A stretch of 64,000 bases of DNA. It comes from Cyanobacteria bacterium J06626_4. GTDB lineage: Bacteria > Cyanobacteriota > Cyanobacteriia > Phormidesmidales > Phormidesmidaceae. A program made the translations under genes and the position numbers. The DNA is taken from NCBI GenBank assembly GCA_038523235.1, contig JBCBJQ010000002.1:96001-160000 (forward strand). The letters run 5' to 3'. Shown here piece after piece: positions 63,280 through 64,000 of the stretch; position 1 is the first letter of the stretch, and each line of letters opens with the position of its first letter. The notes beneath the pieces are model-generated. The model made no database searches. It had not been told where the DNA came from and worked only from the letters and a program-made list of their open reading frames with translations.

Positions 63280-63999
63280 TCAGCAGGGGCTAAGTGGTGA
63301 TAGAGGCTCGACCTCAGCCAGTTCCAGAATTTTGGGAATCAAATCTTCTCGCCGAATCGCCATCACATGCACGCCTTGGCACAGCTCGCGGGCGGCTTTA
63401 ACTTGCTCAGCGGCAATACACACGCCTTCGTGCAGGGGGTCAGCAGCCTGGGCTAAGCGCTGAATAATGTGTTCAGGAATCTCCACGCCGGGGACATTGC
63501 GGTTAATGAACTGAGCGTTTTTCGCTGATTTCAGGAGAAAAATGCCTGCCAATACGGGGCGATCGCACCCCACAGCAACGTGGGCCATGAATTTCTCCAG
63601 CCGTTCAAAATCATCAATCAGCTGACTTTGAAAAAACTGTGCTCCGGCCTCTAACTTCTTTTCAAAGCGCCGCTGTAGACCTGACCAGCTACGGCTTTGC
63701 GGATCGATCGCCGCCCCGGCAAATAACGTGGTGGCCTGATCAGGTAGGGGGCGATCGCAGGCATCCAAGCCATGATTAAGCTGCCGAATCAGTCGCAGGA
63801 GTCGCACCGATTCCAGGTCAAACACTGACCGGGCGGCGGCCTGATCGCCCGCCTTCACTGGATCTCCCGTCAGCGCCAGAATATTGCGGATGCCGAGCGC
63901 TTGAGCTCCGAGCAGGTCGGCCTGCAGGGCAATGCGATTGCGATCGCGACAGGCCATCTGACAAATCGGCTCGATTCCCTGCTGGCGCAAAATTGCCGC
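63280..63999 (-). CDS. metF: Methylenetetrahydrofolate reductase (5' end outside the window)
   Basis: CRDRNRIALQADLLGA, LTGDP, GAQFFQSQ, GVHVMA. Confidence 0.9.
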   Translation of the reverse strand, partial: AAILRQQGIEPICQMACRDRNRIALQADLLGAQALGIRNILALTGDPVKAGDQAAARSVFDLESVRLLRLIRQLNHGLDACDRPLPDQATTLFAGAAIDPQSRSWSGLQRRFEKKLEAGAQFFQSQLIDDFERLEKFMAHVAVGCDRPVLAGIFLLKSAKNAQFINRNVPGVEIPEHIIQRLAQAADPLHEGVCIAAEQVKAARELCQGVHVMAIRREDLIPKILELAEVEPLSPLSPC

Positions 64000-64000
64000 C

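Noticed and set aside
1..64000. CRISPR array or cas genes
   Set aside because: No regularly spaced identical repeats with unique spacers were seen; the tpsA repeats are in-frame coding and the 7130-7405 repeat has only two long units.

Overview
Chromosomal window from a cyanobacterium: the HIP1 octamer GCGATCGC is very frequent, and chlH, ntcB-cnaT and a PEP-CTERM gene are present. Core genes (clpB, lepB, chlH, secA, radC, metF, ABC transporters) are interspersed with accessory blocks. (i) A small-cassette zone around clpB holds Uma2, a DUF433/DUF5615 toxin-antitoxin pair, DUF4241 and a RAYT-like Y1 transposase with tandem REP doublets. (ii) A Crp/Fnr regulator lies divergent from a methyltransferase-cupin-YwiC operon, with a well-placed class II operator. 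(iii) A decayed defence/conflict island carries a GmrSD-like DUF262 gene, an unlisted hsdR remnant, a kinase-like gene and an orphan toxin tip with a putative immunity gene. (iv) A 10 kb island couples a TIGR03032-TPR-glycosyltransferase fusion, a GT9 and a methyltransferase to a two-partner secretion pair; the TpsA is sequon-rich, has a C-terminal Cys pair, and IS scars lie nearby. (v) A ~400 nt intergenic segment (51332-51731) folds by eye into a closed, multi-stem, plus-strand RNA with a possible pseudoknot and resembles no housekeeping RNA I recognise. Items (v) and (iv) are the best candidates for undescribed systems. All family calls come from motif recognition by eye; no database searches were run.
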